Of a DNA stretch of 64,000 nt, positions 1 through 8,965 are shown in pieces. The stretch's first letter is position 1, and each line of letters starts with the position of its first letter. The DNA is from Spirochaetota bacterium (lineage in GTDB: Bacteria; Spirochaetota; UBA4802; UBA5550), in assembly GCA_036745755.1 (NCBI GenBank), contig DAIOFM010000003.1:42562-106561 (forward strand). The letters run 5' to 3'. Position numbers and translations under genes: made by a program. Below the pieces are notes generated by a model that saw nothing but the letters and a program-made list of their open reading frames with translations, was not told where the DNA came from and searched no databases.

Positions 1-62
1 AAGTCTGCGGAAAAACAGAAAATCTGGCGCAGAACCAGCAAAATATCATAAGGAGGAACCTC

Positions 63-1406
63 ATGAATACTATTATGAACAAATGGAAAGAATTATACAA
101 ACAAAAACTTATGACACCGGAAGAGGCAGTCAGTAACATTCCACAGGGGGCCTTTATTGCCGTTCCCCTCGGAAACGGCCAGCCCCCGACTCTTATCAAC
201 GCAATGGCTCTGAAAATGGCATCAGGCGAACTTAAAGGATGCGAATACCTGTGTGCCATAAGCAGCAGAATCATGGAACTGCATAAGCCCGACGTTATCA
301 GCAATATTACTAAAAACAATAATGTTCTGGATGTAATGTACAACGGTCCGCTGGACAGGCACTTCGTTAATTCTGGCACATATTCCTATGTCCCGCACAG
401 ACTTTTCGACGGACCGAAAATGGTTGAGGTTGCCAACATGAAGGCCGCCCTTATAACAGTTGCACCAATGGACGAGCACGGTTATTTCAGCACGGGTTTA
501 AATCCCGATTATATTTACGGCTTTATAAACCACAGCCCTGAATGCAGGATTATAGCTGAGGTCAATGAAAACATGCCGCGAACTTACGGACACAACCATT
601 TCCATATAACAGAGCTTACAGCAATAACCGAGAATAACGCCCCACTGGTGGAGCTTCCTGAAATTCCACTCAATGATAAGGATAACCTCATCGGTCAATA
701 TGTTGCTGATCTTGTACCTGACGGAGCGTGCCTGCAGCTTGGAATAGGGAGCATACCAAACGCGGTAGCGCAGCACCTGGATGATAAAAAAGACCTGGGA
801 ATACACTCCGAGATGCTGTGCGATTCAATGGTTGACCTTTACGAAAAAGGGATTATAACATGCACGAAAAAACAGTTTATGCCAAAAAAATGGGTAGCAT
901 GTTTTGCTCTGGGCTCTAAAAAGCTCTACAATTTTGTGAAAGAGAATCCCCTTGTTGAGATGCATTCCTGTGAACTTGTAAACGATCCCTATAACATAGG
1001 CCTGAATGATAATGTTATATCAATAAACTCAACCCTTGAAGTTGATCTTGCAGGACAATGCGCCTCGGAATCAATCGGACAGTCAATGTATTCAGGCGCT
1101 GGCGGCCAGATTGACTTCATAGAGGGGGCGTGGAGATCAAACGGCGGGAAGGCAATCCTTGCCCTGTACTCAACCTACGAGGATAAAGAGAACGGGGCAT
1201 TAAAATCCCGCATAACACCCATACTCAAACCGGGATCATATATTACAACGGGAAGAAATGATGTTCAATACATTGTAACAGAATACGGTGTCGCACAACT
1301 TAAAGGACTGAACATGAGGGACAGGGCCAACGCACTGATAAATATAGCGCACCCTGACTTCAGAAGTGAACTCCGCGAAGAGGCAAAAAAAATGAAGTAT
1401 ATGTAA
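63..1406 (+). CDS. acetyl-CoA hydrolase/transferase family protein (4-hydroxybutyrate / butyryl-CoA:acetate CoA-transferase-like)
   Basis: 447-aa ORF with an AGGAGG RBS at 51-56, 6 nt before the ATG. Family-typical blocks in the translation: 'LQLGIGSIPNAV', 'INSTLEVDLAGQCASESIG', 'YSGAGGQIDF', C-terminal 'IAHPDFRSELREEAKK'. Clear paralog of the ORF at 28113-29462. Confidence 0.85.
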   Translation: MNTIMNKWKELYKQKLMTPEEAVSNIPQGAFIAVPLGNGQPPTLINAMALKMASGELKGCEYLCAISSRIMELHKPDVISNITKNNNVLDVMYNGPLDRHFVNSGTYSYVPHRLFDGPKMVEVANMKAALITVAPMDEHGYFSTGLNPDYIYGFINHSPECRIIAEVNENMPRTYGHNHFHITELTAITENNAPLVELPEIPLNDKDNLIGQYVADLVPDGACLQLGIGSIPNAVAQHLDDKKDLGIHSEMLCDSMVDLYEKGIITCTKKQFMPKKWVACFALGSKKLYNFVKENPLVEMHSCELVNDPYNIGLNDNVISINSTLEVDLAGQCASESIGQSMYSGAGGQIDFIEGAWRSNGGKAILALYSTYEDKENGALKSRITPILKPGSYITTGRNDVQYIVTEYGVAQLKGLNMRDRANALINIAHPDFRSELREEAKKMKYM

Positions 1407-1758
1407 CGGTATTTCTCCTGATATGACAGCACAGACCTGTAACCGGAAAATTTCATCAGATGGATCTGGCTAAAAAATTCCGCTTACAGGTCAATAATGC
1501 TGTTATAGATATTTACTTTAAATTCAGAAACCACCTTTTTTGAATCTATAACAATAGAGCATAAAACATAAAAACAGCTCTTTAAAATACAGAAATCAGA
1601 ATTTTCTTTAAGTAATTGCTCAAAATTTTCAGCACAAATATCAATATTATCTTGACTAAATGAATTTTTTATAAAAAATTTTTTATAAAAAAAGAAACTT
1701 TTTGAAGGTTATTAAGTGCAACTACTATAAATAAAAAAAATAAGTCCCGGAGGCAAAA

Positions 1759-3330
1759 ATGTCAATCTCCGAAAGCATCAACAATACCTTCTTTTCAAAA
1801 TACAATGAACAGGATATTTTCACAAAATCGAGCGCGCGCCTGCTGTTCACTATATCGCTTTTATTTTTTCTTCTTATGTTTTTTCTTTTTTTTATCAATG
1901 CCCGAAATCTCGGATACTTCAAATCGTTTCTAACAAGCGGCACGTCATGCATATCAGCTGCTCTGGCCATGTATCTTGTGACAAAAGGAAAGCTGCGAAC
2001 CGCGGGTACTATTTTTACCATTGTCCAGTTCTGCATAATACTCGTCGGTTCAGTATCACGCTCTTCAGACATGTCAATGGTAACACTCGCTTTTTTTATC
2101 TTTCCCACAGTTCTTCTCGGACTTATTTTTTCGACGTCATTTATTCATGTCCCGCTGATTATCCTTTCCCTGGGTTTTATAATTTTTAATCTCCTGAAAT
2201 TCAATCCTGATAAAGCCATAAACAGCGCAGCAGGTGCTTATAAACTCGTAGCATTCGGAACCGCTGGATTCATCGTAACCATTCTGCTTACCTATTTTCT
2301 GGGACTCATTGCGATGAGATCTCTGAAACTTGCATTAAAGGTGAGCAACGAGGAAATTTCCAGAAGCGTGGAGAAAAACGATTTCATTTCAAAACTTCTT
2401 CAAACAATCAAGTCTTCTTACGGTGAGCTTACCGAGGCAATTGAAAAAACCGATAACACCATTTCAGACACACTTAACAATATTCAGAATGAGGCGGCAA
2501 CAATCGAGGAACTTGTTGCTTCCATTGAAGAAATTTCATCCAGCACGTCAGCTATAGAAGAAACCACGAAAGAACAGAATGAATCCGTTAACAATCTCAG
2601 TTCCAGTATTAAAATTCTGTCAGACCAGATAGACACCCTGCAGATATACGGCAGCAATATGCAGAACGAATTTATCAGCATAGCATCCATGGCTAAAGAG
2701 GGGAGCGAATCCTCCAGTGAACTTGAAGAGGTGAACCTTAAAACACTTGAAAACTCGAACAGTATCCAGTCAATAGCTAATATAATAGACGACTTCTTTG
2801 AAAGAATAAACCTTCTGTCGCTGAACGCATCCATTGAAGCCGCACGGGCCGGAGAACACGGCAGGGGCTTTGCTGTGGTGGCGGACGAAATAAGCAAGCT
2901 TGCTGATAACTCTTCATCTGAACTTAAAAAAATTACTGACCTGGTTAACAGAAACCGAAGCGATGTTGAATATTCAAGTTCTATAATTGAAAAAATTATA
3001 AAATTTATAGAGTCCATTAATTCAAGCCTGACAAACGTACAGGCCAGCGGAGAGGACACTCTCAAGATTATATCCAGGCAGCATGAGATACAGGGTGAAA
3101 TGCTTACAGGTACAGACAGTGTTAATGAAAAATCAGATTTCATTAAAACCTCATCAGTAGAGCAGTCAACGGCAATAAAAGAAATTGCCCGCTCAATTGA
3201 AGACACTAACATGATTGTACAGAAAAACGCCGGTAACGCGGAAGTATTAAAAGCCAATTACGAAAGTCTCAAACAGCTTGCCGAAAACCTGCAGGAAGTG
3301 ATGTCAGAGAATTCTGACACATTGTCTTAA
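1759..3330 (+). CDS. methyl-accepting chemotaxis protein with polytopic N-terminal membrane module
   Basis: GGAGG RBS at 1749-1753. The highly conserved MCP hairpin-tip block '[33 protein letters not shown]' is present. The N-terminal ~190 aa are hydrophobic (about 6 TM segments) with no obvious periplasmic domain. 523 aa, the same length as the paralog at 12137-13708. Confidence 0.9.
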   Translation: MSISESINNTFFSKYNEQDIFTKSSARLLFTISLLFFLLMFFLFFINARNLGYFKSFLTSGTSCISAALAMYLVTKGKLRTAGTIFTIVQFCIILVGSVSRSSDMSMVTLAFFIFPTVLLGLIFSTSFIHVPLIILSLGFIIFNLLKFNPDKAINSAAGAYKLVAFGTAGFIVTILLTYFLGLIAMRSLKLALKVSNEEISRSVEKNDFISKLLQTIKSSYGELTEAIEKTDNTISDTLNNIQNEAATIEELVASIEEISSSTSAIEETTKEQNESVNNLSSSIKILSDQIDTLQIYGSNMQNEFISIASMAKEGSESSSELEEVNLKTLENSNSIQSIANIIDDFFERINLLSLNASIEAARAGEHGRGFAVVADEISKLADNSSSELKKITDLVNRNRSDVEYSSSIIEKIIKFIESINSSLTNVQASGEDTLKIISRQHEIQGEMLTGTDSVNEKSDFIKTSSVEQSTAIKEIARSIEDTNMIVQKNAGNAEVLKANYESLKQLAENLQEVMSENSDTLS

Positions 3331-3399
3331 AATGGTGAGGAAGATATACCTGCACTCTGAAGCGCAGGTCAAACCTCCTCCGGCATTACAAGGAAATAA

Positions 3400-3434
3400 A
3401 TGATCTGTTTTAGCCCGGCCTTAAAACAGATCAT
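3400..3434 (-). terminator. hairpin terminator overlapping the 3' end of the ArsA-like gene
   Basis: Perfect 13-bp inverted repeat ATGATCTGTTTTA (3400-3412) / TAAAACAGATCAT (3422-3434) with a 9-nt loop. On the minus strand the 5' arm encodes the last codons (DDLF) plus the stop, and the stem is followed by TTATTTCCT. Confidence 0.5.
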
Positions 3435-4320
3435 CCGGCCCGTAAGGGATATTAAGTGAGCCAAGCAGATCAACTCCTGTTATCTCGCAGACATGGCTCT
3501 CTATAAAAGCGGTGCCAGCACCTTTGAATTCCGTCTCCAGTTTCTTAACCGGATAATCTTCCCGGGAACACCTGTTCATCAAAACCATGGGGACGTTGAT
3601 TCCCAGCTCTTTAAGCCTCTTCCATATATCCCGCGACTCACCGAGGGAGAGGCTGTCGTTATTCATTATTATAACAGCCGCGGATCTCCTGCTGTCTTTC
3701 AGAAGAACTGAGAGCCTGCTGTATCTGTCAATAAGCTCATTGACCCTTATAAGTATACTGTCAGTCTCCTTCAGCGCACCTCGTTTTCCTGTTTTTATCT
3801 TCGTAATTATGCTCTTTTTATCCAGAATGCTCTCCCTAAGTTTTTTAAGCTCCTTCAGCCAGATAAGGGAAACTTCAGGGAGCGAGAGGAACTTCAGGGT
3901 CAATGCAGTGGGAGGGGTATCGAAAATTATATAATCCATATCACCGTATTTATCTATTGTCTCCTCAATGGACAGGAGCACGGCATACTCCTCAAGGCCG
4001 GGAGCGTATCTGAGTGACCTGAAATATCCGTCTATGTTAAATGCCTGCTGGTATCTGTATACATTGCGGTATTCCTTCTCTGTCTTCTCGAGATAATGGC
4101 TGACCTTGCGGTTTAAATCGGTCTCCATAATTAAAAGATTTTTTTCAATCCGTATAGGCCTGTGTGAAAACTTCATTAAAAAAATATCGTGAAGGTTATG
4201 CGCGGGATCAAGGGAATTAAGCACAACCTTTTTGCCTGACCTGGCAATATTAAGCGCGAGAAGAGATGAGTTGGTGGATTTCCCAACACCGCCCTTACCT
4301 GTAAAAAATATTATTTTCAT
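3421..4320 (-). CDS. ArsA/Get3-family (SIMIBI) ATPase
   Basis: Deviant Walker A 'GKGGVGKST' at the N-terminus. ArsA/Get3-type 'SLDPAHNLHDIF' block. Switch-II-like 'DTPPTALTLKFL' (ArsA/Get3 normally has DTAPTGHTLRLL, so the His is missing here). AGGAGGGGAG RBS (rc of 4321-4330). Confidence 0.8.
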   Translation of the reverse strand: MKIIFFTGKGGVGKSTNSSLLALNIARSGKKVVLNSLDPAHNLHDIFLMKFSHRPIRIEKNLLIMETDLNRKVSHYLEKTEKEYRNVYRYQQAFNIDGYFRSLRYAPGLEEYAVLLSIEETIDKYGDMDYIIFDTPPTALTLKFLSLPEVSLIWLKELKKLRESILDKKSIITKIKTGKRGALKETDSILIRVNELIDRYSRLSVLLKDSRRSAAVIIMNNDSLSLGESRDIWKRLKELGINVPMVLMNRCSREDYPVKKLETEFKGAGTAFIESHVCEITGVDLLGSLNIPYGPDDLF

Positions 4321-4332
4321 CTCCCCTCCTTA

Positions 4333-4617
4333 TTAATGACTGTCCAGTATATTGCCCAGTTTACCTACGGGATCGCTTGCAGTCTCCACGCTGTCCAGCA
4401 TGTTGATAAGCTCCTGGTGCATGAGGGGCATAAGCTGCAGAGTTATATGGGGCGGAGGGGCGGGCATACCTGTAAATGTTCCGAAGATCATGAGAGAGAA
4501 TATATTCTCCATCTCTTCAACCTCAAATTCAACCATACGCGTGGACTTGTCAGTAAAAGCGCTGAAAAATCCCTTCATAAAATAAAAAGTGTCCAACGCG
4601 GCTTTTTTGATTTTCAT
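4333..4617 (-). CDS. hypothetical protein (94 aa), co-operonic with the ArsA-like ATPase
   Basis: ATG at 4617 is preceded by a GAGGGG RBS (rc of 4623-4628) that overlaps the stop of the upstream gene. It ends 12 nt before the ArsA-like start. I recognise no family. Contains a short hydrophobic/Pro-rich segment, 'IFSLMIFGTFTGMPAPPP'. Confidence 0.6.
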   Translation of the reverse strand: MKIKKAALDTFYFMKGFFSAFTDKSTRMVEFEVEEMENIFSLMIFGTFTGMPAPPPHITLQLMPLMHQELINMLDSVETASDPVGKLGNILDSH

Positions 4618-4627
4618 CAGATTCCCC

Positions 4628-5074
4628 TCAATTCATCTCTATTCTGTAATACCTTACTTCTGCGGCAATTTTTTTCTCCACGGGGATTATACCGTATATG
4701 CCGTAAATAGCTGCAAGCACCGACCCGTAAAGATAGAGGTCCGGAACAGCCAGAAAATAATTAACTCCCGAAAATATAACCGCAAGCATTGTAACTGCAT
4801 TGATCCGCAGATTATGATTCAAATATTCACCGGCGGAAAGAGCTCCCGATTTCACCATGCGGTCCTGAATTAAAACCCTTAAAAGTATCGGGCCCGCTAC
4901 ACCACATGCTATTGCGAGAATAAAAAAAACAAGGCCTGCAGTACGCAGAGTCTCTCCCTCAAAAAAAGTCCCCCCTCCCCTTCTATGATACAAAAAAACT
5001 GATGAATAGATTATGACAGAAAATATTGATAAAAAGATAAAATATATATTAAGCCTGTTCTTAATATTTTTCAT
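4628..5074 (-). CDS. hypothetical integral membrane protein (~148 aa, ~4 TM)
   Basis: The track ORF starts at 5101, but that ATG lies inside the GC-rich hairpin at 5091-5113. The in-frame ATG at 5074 (MKNIKNR...) is more plausible. About four hydrophobic segments. No family recognised. Confidence 0.6.
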   Translation of the reverse strand: MKNIKNRLNIYFIFLSIFSVIIYSSVFLYHRRGGGTFFEGETLRTAGLVFFILAIACGVAGPILLRVLIQDRMVKSGALSAGEYLNHNLRINAVTMLAVIFSGVNYFLAVPDLYLYGSVLAAIYGIYGIIPVEKKIAAEVRYYRIEMN

Positions 5075-5090
5075 ATAATAACCGTATAAA

Positions 5091-5120
5091 GGGCGGGCCA
5101 CATGGCCGCGCCCTTTTAAT
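5091..5120. terminator. GC-rich hairpin (probable cstA terminator/attenuator, bidirectional shape)
   Basis: GGGCGGGCC (5091-5099) pairs with GGCCGCGCCC (5104-5113) with one bulge and a 4-nt loop. It is followed by TTTTAATTAATT on the plus strand and TTTATAC on the minus strand. It lies 34 nt downstream of the cstA stop (5147). Confidence 0.45.
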
Positions 5121-5146
5121 TAATTCAACTTCAATCTAAAAATTTC

Positions 5147-6871
5147 TCAGGCATCTGCCGCGGCCTCTCCTCCGAACAGCAATGCCCTGAAACCCTCAAA
5201 AGCTACAATAATCGCTATGACTATAACTATGGCATTGATACTTGTAAGCATCATATTATCAGCCTTCAGATAGTTCCCCTGGTTGATAAACAGCGCCCAC
5301 ACAGTCATAATAATCATAAACAATGCAGGAAGAAGGGTGAACATATACTTTATTCCGCCTTTCTTCTTCAGATAAATAGTCATTACGATGAGCGCCAGCG
5401 CAGCCAGAGTCTGGTTGACAGCACCGAACAGCGGCCAGAGTTTAAGAGCCCCCTTACCGTCAGCACCTGTTGAGTAAGCAACTATCATCGCAGAAATAAC
5501 TGCAATCAATGTTGCGATATACTTTCCGGTGATACCTTTAGCGTGTATCCTTATACCAATCTCCTGGACAATATACCTCTGCAGCCTTGTTGCTGTGTCA
5601 AGAGACGTACCCGCAAAAGAGGCTACAAATACACCCATTATTACAATTGCTATCTCCCTGGGTACACCAACAGATGCGATCATGTTCGCAGCACCGATAA
5701 CAAAGGCACTTACCTTTGAACCGAGACCTGCTGATGCCGCCCATGAAGCATAGTGATGCGTCCATGCAGCAGTCCCTGTAAGCAGAGCCCCGTCTTTAAC
5801 CTGATAGGCCATACCAATACCAGCCGCAGTTGCAACAATTACAAGAGACGCCAGGAAACCCTCGGTAATCATAGAGCCGTATCCCACAGCCAGGGCGTCC
5901 TCCTCTCTTGCGACCTGCTTGGCCGAAGTACCGGAACTCACCACAGCATGAAAACCGGAAATAGCGCCGCAGGCAATGGTGATAAAAAGGAAAGGCCACA
6001 TTGACGGCGCCCCCTGAGGAGTTGCCTGTATCGCCGGAGCCACAATATGAAGTTCCCCTGTAAAACCGGACGCTATTGCACCAAACACAATGAGCCCCAT
6101 TGCTATAAAAAGCTGCCATGCGTTAATATAGTCCCTTGGCTGAAGAAGAGTGGTAACAGCAAGAGTTGATGCTATGAATGCATAAATAAACAGAAAAAAG
6201 CTCCACACGCCTGTTGCCGGGAGTCCCCACATGGCAGGCATGTCATAGGGTAGATAATGTCCCATTACAACAGTAACATACATAAGGAATACAGCTATTA
6301 CCGTTGCCTTTACAACACCGACACCTTTTTTGTAAATAGCGTAGCCAAGGGCTATTGCAATAGGGATCTCACACCAGACAGGTAAAACCGACTGCGGAAA
6401 CATATGAAAAATAATCGCTATTATCATACCGAATATAGCAACAAGTATAAGAAGCTCCAGAAAAACAATTATAAAAAAAACAGTCTGGGTTCGTCTATTG
6501 ATGTATTTCCCTGCAATATCTGATATTGATTTACCCTGATTACGAAGGGAAAGCACAAGAGCGCCGAAGTCGTGAACAGCTCCCATAATGATACTTCCAA
6601 GGAAAATCCATATCAGGGCCGGTACCCATCCCCATATTACACCAATTGCAGGGCCGACAATAGGTCCGGTACCGGCAATAGATGTAAAATGGTGGCCGAA
6701 AATTACACCACGTTTAGTAGGAACATAGTCCATTCCATCCTCAAATTCCTTCGCCGGTGTAATGTTATCATTGGTCAGTTTGAATATCTTACTGCCAATG
6801 AATTTACCGTACAAATTGTAGGCTGCTATATAGCCAATAAAAACCGCTATCATAATCAGCACTGCATCCAT
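5147..6871 (-). CDS. cstA: carbon starvation protein A (CstA family peptide/pyruvate transporter)
   Basis: Polytopic membrane protein with the CstA-typical block 'FGHHFTSIAGTGPIVGPAIG'. I place the start at ATG 6871 (MDAVLIMIAV...) because a GGAGG RBS (rc of 6877-6881) sits 5 nt upstream. The track start at 6931 would fall inside the predicted promoter. Confidence 0.9.
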   Translation of the reverse strand: MDAVLIMIAVFIGYIAAYNLYGKFIGSKIFKLTNDNITPAKEFEDGMDYVPTKRGVIFGHHFTSIAGTGPIVGPAIGVIWGWVPALIWIFLGSIIMGAVHDFGALVLSLRNQGKSISDIAGKYINRRTQTVFFIIVFLELLILVAIFGMIIAIIFHMFPQSVLPVWCEIPIAIALGYAIYKKGVGVVKATVIAVFLMYVTVVMGHYLPYDMPAMWGLPATGVWSFFLFIYAFIASTLAVTTLLQPRDYINAWQLFIAMGLIVFGAIASGFTGELHIVAPAIQATPQGAPSMWPFLFITIACGAISGFHAVVSSGTSAKQVAREEDALAVGYGSMITEGFLASLVIVATAAGIGMAYQVKDGALLTGTAAWTHHYASWAASAGLGSKVSAFVIGAANMIASVGVPREIAIVIMGVFVASFAGTSLDTATRLQRYIVQEIGIRIHAKGITGKYIATLIAVISAMIVAYSTGADGKGALKLWPLFGAVNQTLAALALIVMTIYLKKKGGIKYMFTLLPALFMIIMTVWALFINQGNYLKADNMMLTSINAIVIVIAIIVAFEGFRALLFGGEAAADA

Positions 6872-6910
6872 AATGACCTCCTGTTGTTTTTTTATAATAA
6901 CCTGACAATT

Positions 6911-6938
6911 TTTATACCACAGAAAGAGCATTTGTCAA
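6911..6938 (-). promoter_or_regulatory. sigma70-type promoter for cstA
   Basis: On the minus strand: TTGACA (rc of 6933-6938), 16-nt spacer, TATAAA (rc of 6911-6916), about 40 nt upstream of ATG 6871. Confidence 0.45.
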
Positions 6939-7249
6939 GCTGTTATTCTACACCTAACATAATGATTATTCAACTTCACCCTGTATCAGAATTTAACTAT
7001 TTTCACAAATATATACTGTTTTTAATATATGAAATTATACTGCAGAAACAAATTAATTATATTGTTAAAAATCAAAGATTCAAAAAATACCTTATTAAAC
7101 CAGAATCAGAGATACCCGCCATAAAACAAAAAAGATGTAACGGTTACGTGATAAAGTTGCTTTCCCCTGAAGATTGGCTAACTTTTAAACAGATACCCTG
7201 CACTTTTATAACAGCAAAACTGTTGCACGGTATATCAAGGGGGTTTAAT

Positions 7250-7732
7250 ATGAACAGGAACAGTGCATGGTTTAACAAAAACACAGTAAGATTTCTGGCC
7301 GGCGGTCTTGCTGTATTTGCAGTTTTCGAAATCTGTGATTTCATTATTCACGGGCCTATCCTTGGCAGTTACTATAACTCTCTCACTGGACTGTGGAGAC
7401 CGGAGATGATGTCCTTGATGTGGATAATGCATCTCAGTACTTTTATCTTTTCATTTCTAATAATGTTTATATTCATTAAAGGTTATGAGGACAGGGGCCT
7501 TCCTGAAGGGGTAAGGTTCGGTATAATGATTGGCCTGATAACCGCGGGAATGGGTGCATTATACCAGTACGTTGTTTACCCCATCCCTTTTACCCTTGTT
7601 ATTCAATGGATTGCATACGGACTCATTGAGTTCATTTTAGCAGGACTTGTAGCAGCGGCAATTTACCGTCCCGTACCGGAAGAAGAGAAAGAATCTGAAG
7701 AAGACGAAGACGATCTTGAAATTGTTGATTAA
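7250..7732 (+). CDS. hypothetical membrane protein with acidic C-terminal tail
   Basis: The track ORF (6572-7732) overlaps cstA and its promoter. The realistic start is ATG 7250, preceded by AAGGGGG (7237-7243). About 4 TM segments; the tail is 'EEEKESEEDEDDLEIVD'. Confidence 0.65.
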   Translation: MNRNSAWFNKNTVRFLAGGLAVFAVFEICDFIIHGPILGSYYNSLTGLWRPEMMSLMWIMHLSTFIFSFLIMFIFIKGYEDRGLPEGVRFGIMIGLITAGMGALYQYVVYPIPFTLVIQWIAYGLIEFILAGLVAAAIYRPVPEEEKESEEDEDDLEIVD

Positions 7733-7862
7733 AAGTAATTAAAATACGGGCGGTCAGAAAAGGCAGCCCGTATTCCCCGCCGGATCTGTAAAAAAAAACC
7801 AGACAAAATTTATCGACTCCCCCATGCAAAAACTAAAATACGGAGTATGCCGGTAAATTATT

Positions 7863-7876
7863 GTTGACTAATCAAC
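7863..7876. promoter_or_regulatory. palindrome GTTGA-CTAA-TCAAC upstream of the MarR gene (candidate autoregulatory operator)
   Basis: Perfect 5-4-5 palindrome 23 nt upstream of the MarR ATG (7899). It overlaps a TTGACT hexamer (7864-7869). Assigning it as an operator is inference only. Confidence 0.3.
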
Positions 7877-7898
7877 CATAATTTACTACCCTTATACC

Positions 7899-8330
7899 AT
7901 GAAAAAAACTGTAAAAGATTCTATCGGTTACCTTACAGCTCGTGCTTCATATGCACTTGCCTCACAGGTATACCGAAATTTTCAGAAACAGGAAATAGAT
8001 CTTCCCCATGCACAGTTTATAATTCTACGCCATTTATACGAAAATGACGGCATGACACAGCAGGAGATGGCAGATTCCCTTTTTAAAGACAAGGCGGCAA
8101 TTAAAAGAACGGTTGAGAGCCTCATGCTGCGGGGTTATGTTTCACGGGTGAAAAAGGGTAAAACATTTAAAATATTTCTCACTGCCTCCGCAAAAAAAAT
8201 TAAGGGAACGGTACAGAAAATTGCTGATGCTACTATCAGACAGTCTTTAAAAGGGGTAGATGCCGCTGAATATGAGATATGCCTTGATGTTCTGAAAAAA
8301 ATTACAGAGAACCTTAAAACTGCCGGTTAA
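7899..8330 (+). CDS. MarR family transcriptional regulator
   Basis: 143 aa. Winged-helix block 'FIILRHLYENDGMTQQEMADSLFKDKAAIKRTVESLMLRGYVSR' is typical of MarR/SlyA. Confidence 0.85.
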   Translation: MKKTVKDSIGYLTARASYALASQVYRNFQKQEIDLPHAQFIILRHLYENDGMTQQEMADSLFKDKAAIKRTVESLMLRGYVSRVKKGKTFKIFLTASAKKIKGTVQKIADATIRQSLKGVDAAEYEICLDVLKKITENLKTAG

Positions 8331-8351
8331 AAAAACTGAAAAGGAAAAAAC

Positions 8352-8852
8352 ATGAAAAAACTGAATCCGGGACAGACACGAATTTTAAAAATAATCCACC
8401 TCCTTTTTTTTATCTCATGGATAGGAGGGGGTATTGCCCTTATGTTCCTGATGTTCATTGCACAACCAGCTGTTCCTGATGATATTTACATGAAATTCCG
8501 TTCCATGCAGGTCATTGACGATTATATAATTATCCCGGGTGCGCTGGGTTCCCTTACTACAGGGCTCGTATATTCTGTCTGGACAAACTGGGGGTTCTTC
8601 AGACACAGATGGATCACTGTGAAATGGGTTCTTACAATAGCCCAGATACTCTTCGGCACCTTTGCGCTTGGCCCGTGGCTCAACGGTAATGTCGATATCG
8701 CCATTAAGGCAAGAGGAGCTGCCCTGGCAGACCCGCTATTCCAGGCCAATATATCCCATATAGAGTTCTGGGGAGCAATACAGGTGCTCTTTCTTCTGTT
8801 CATGATGATCATTTCGGTTATTAAACCGTGGAAAAGAGCTGCTAAAAATTAA
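8352..8852 (+). CDS. hypothetical integral membrane protein (4 TM), likely co-transcribed with marR-like gene
   Basis: 166 aa with four hydrophobic segments. Lies 21 nt after the MarR stop. No family confidently recognised. Confidence 0.7.
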   Translation: MKKLNPGQTRILKIIHLLFFISWIGGGIALMFLMFIAQPAVPDDIYMKFRSMQVIDDYIIIPGALGSLTTGLVYSVWTNWGFFRHRWITVKWVLTIAQILFGTFALGPWLNGNVDIAIKARGAALADPLFQANISHIEFWGAIQVLFLLFMMIISVIKPWKRAAKN

Positions 8853-8965
8853 AAATGAATGACATTCCTGTCATATTTTAAAAAATGCTTTTCAATTCAT
8901 TCATAAAAGTTTAAACCTGCACATGTAATACATCCCTGAGGGTGGCTAAAAAATCGATTTTCTTT

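Noticed and set aside
2484-3257. 257-aa minus-strand ORF antisense to MCP-1. Similar long antisense ORFs lie at 9262-9741, 13051-13437, 13899-14363, 22268-22711, 24204-24683, 26404-26982, 33396-33992 and 47877-48314.
   Set aside because: Each lies entirely inside a well-supported gene on the other strand. The translations are Ser/Leu/Ile-rich and low-complexity, with no recognisable motifs. Long antisense frames of this kind are a known by-product of the codon composition of the sense gene. None has an RBS-like sequence that I could see.
5075-5101. Upstream ATG (5101) for the 4-TM protein
   Set aside because: The codon lies within the GC-rich hairpin at 5091-5113, which probably terminates or attenuates cstA transcription. 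The first 9 residues (MARPLYGYY) add nothing to the membrane topology.
6572-7249. N-terminal 226 codons of the 386-aa plus-strand track ORF 6572-7732
   Set aside because: This part runs antisense through the 5' end of cstA and across the cstA promoter and AT-rich spacer. It has no membrane or domain features. A good RBS (AAGGGGG) precedes the internal ATG at 7250, so only 7250-7732 is called.
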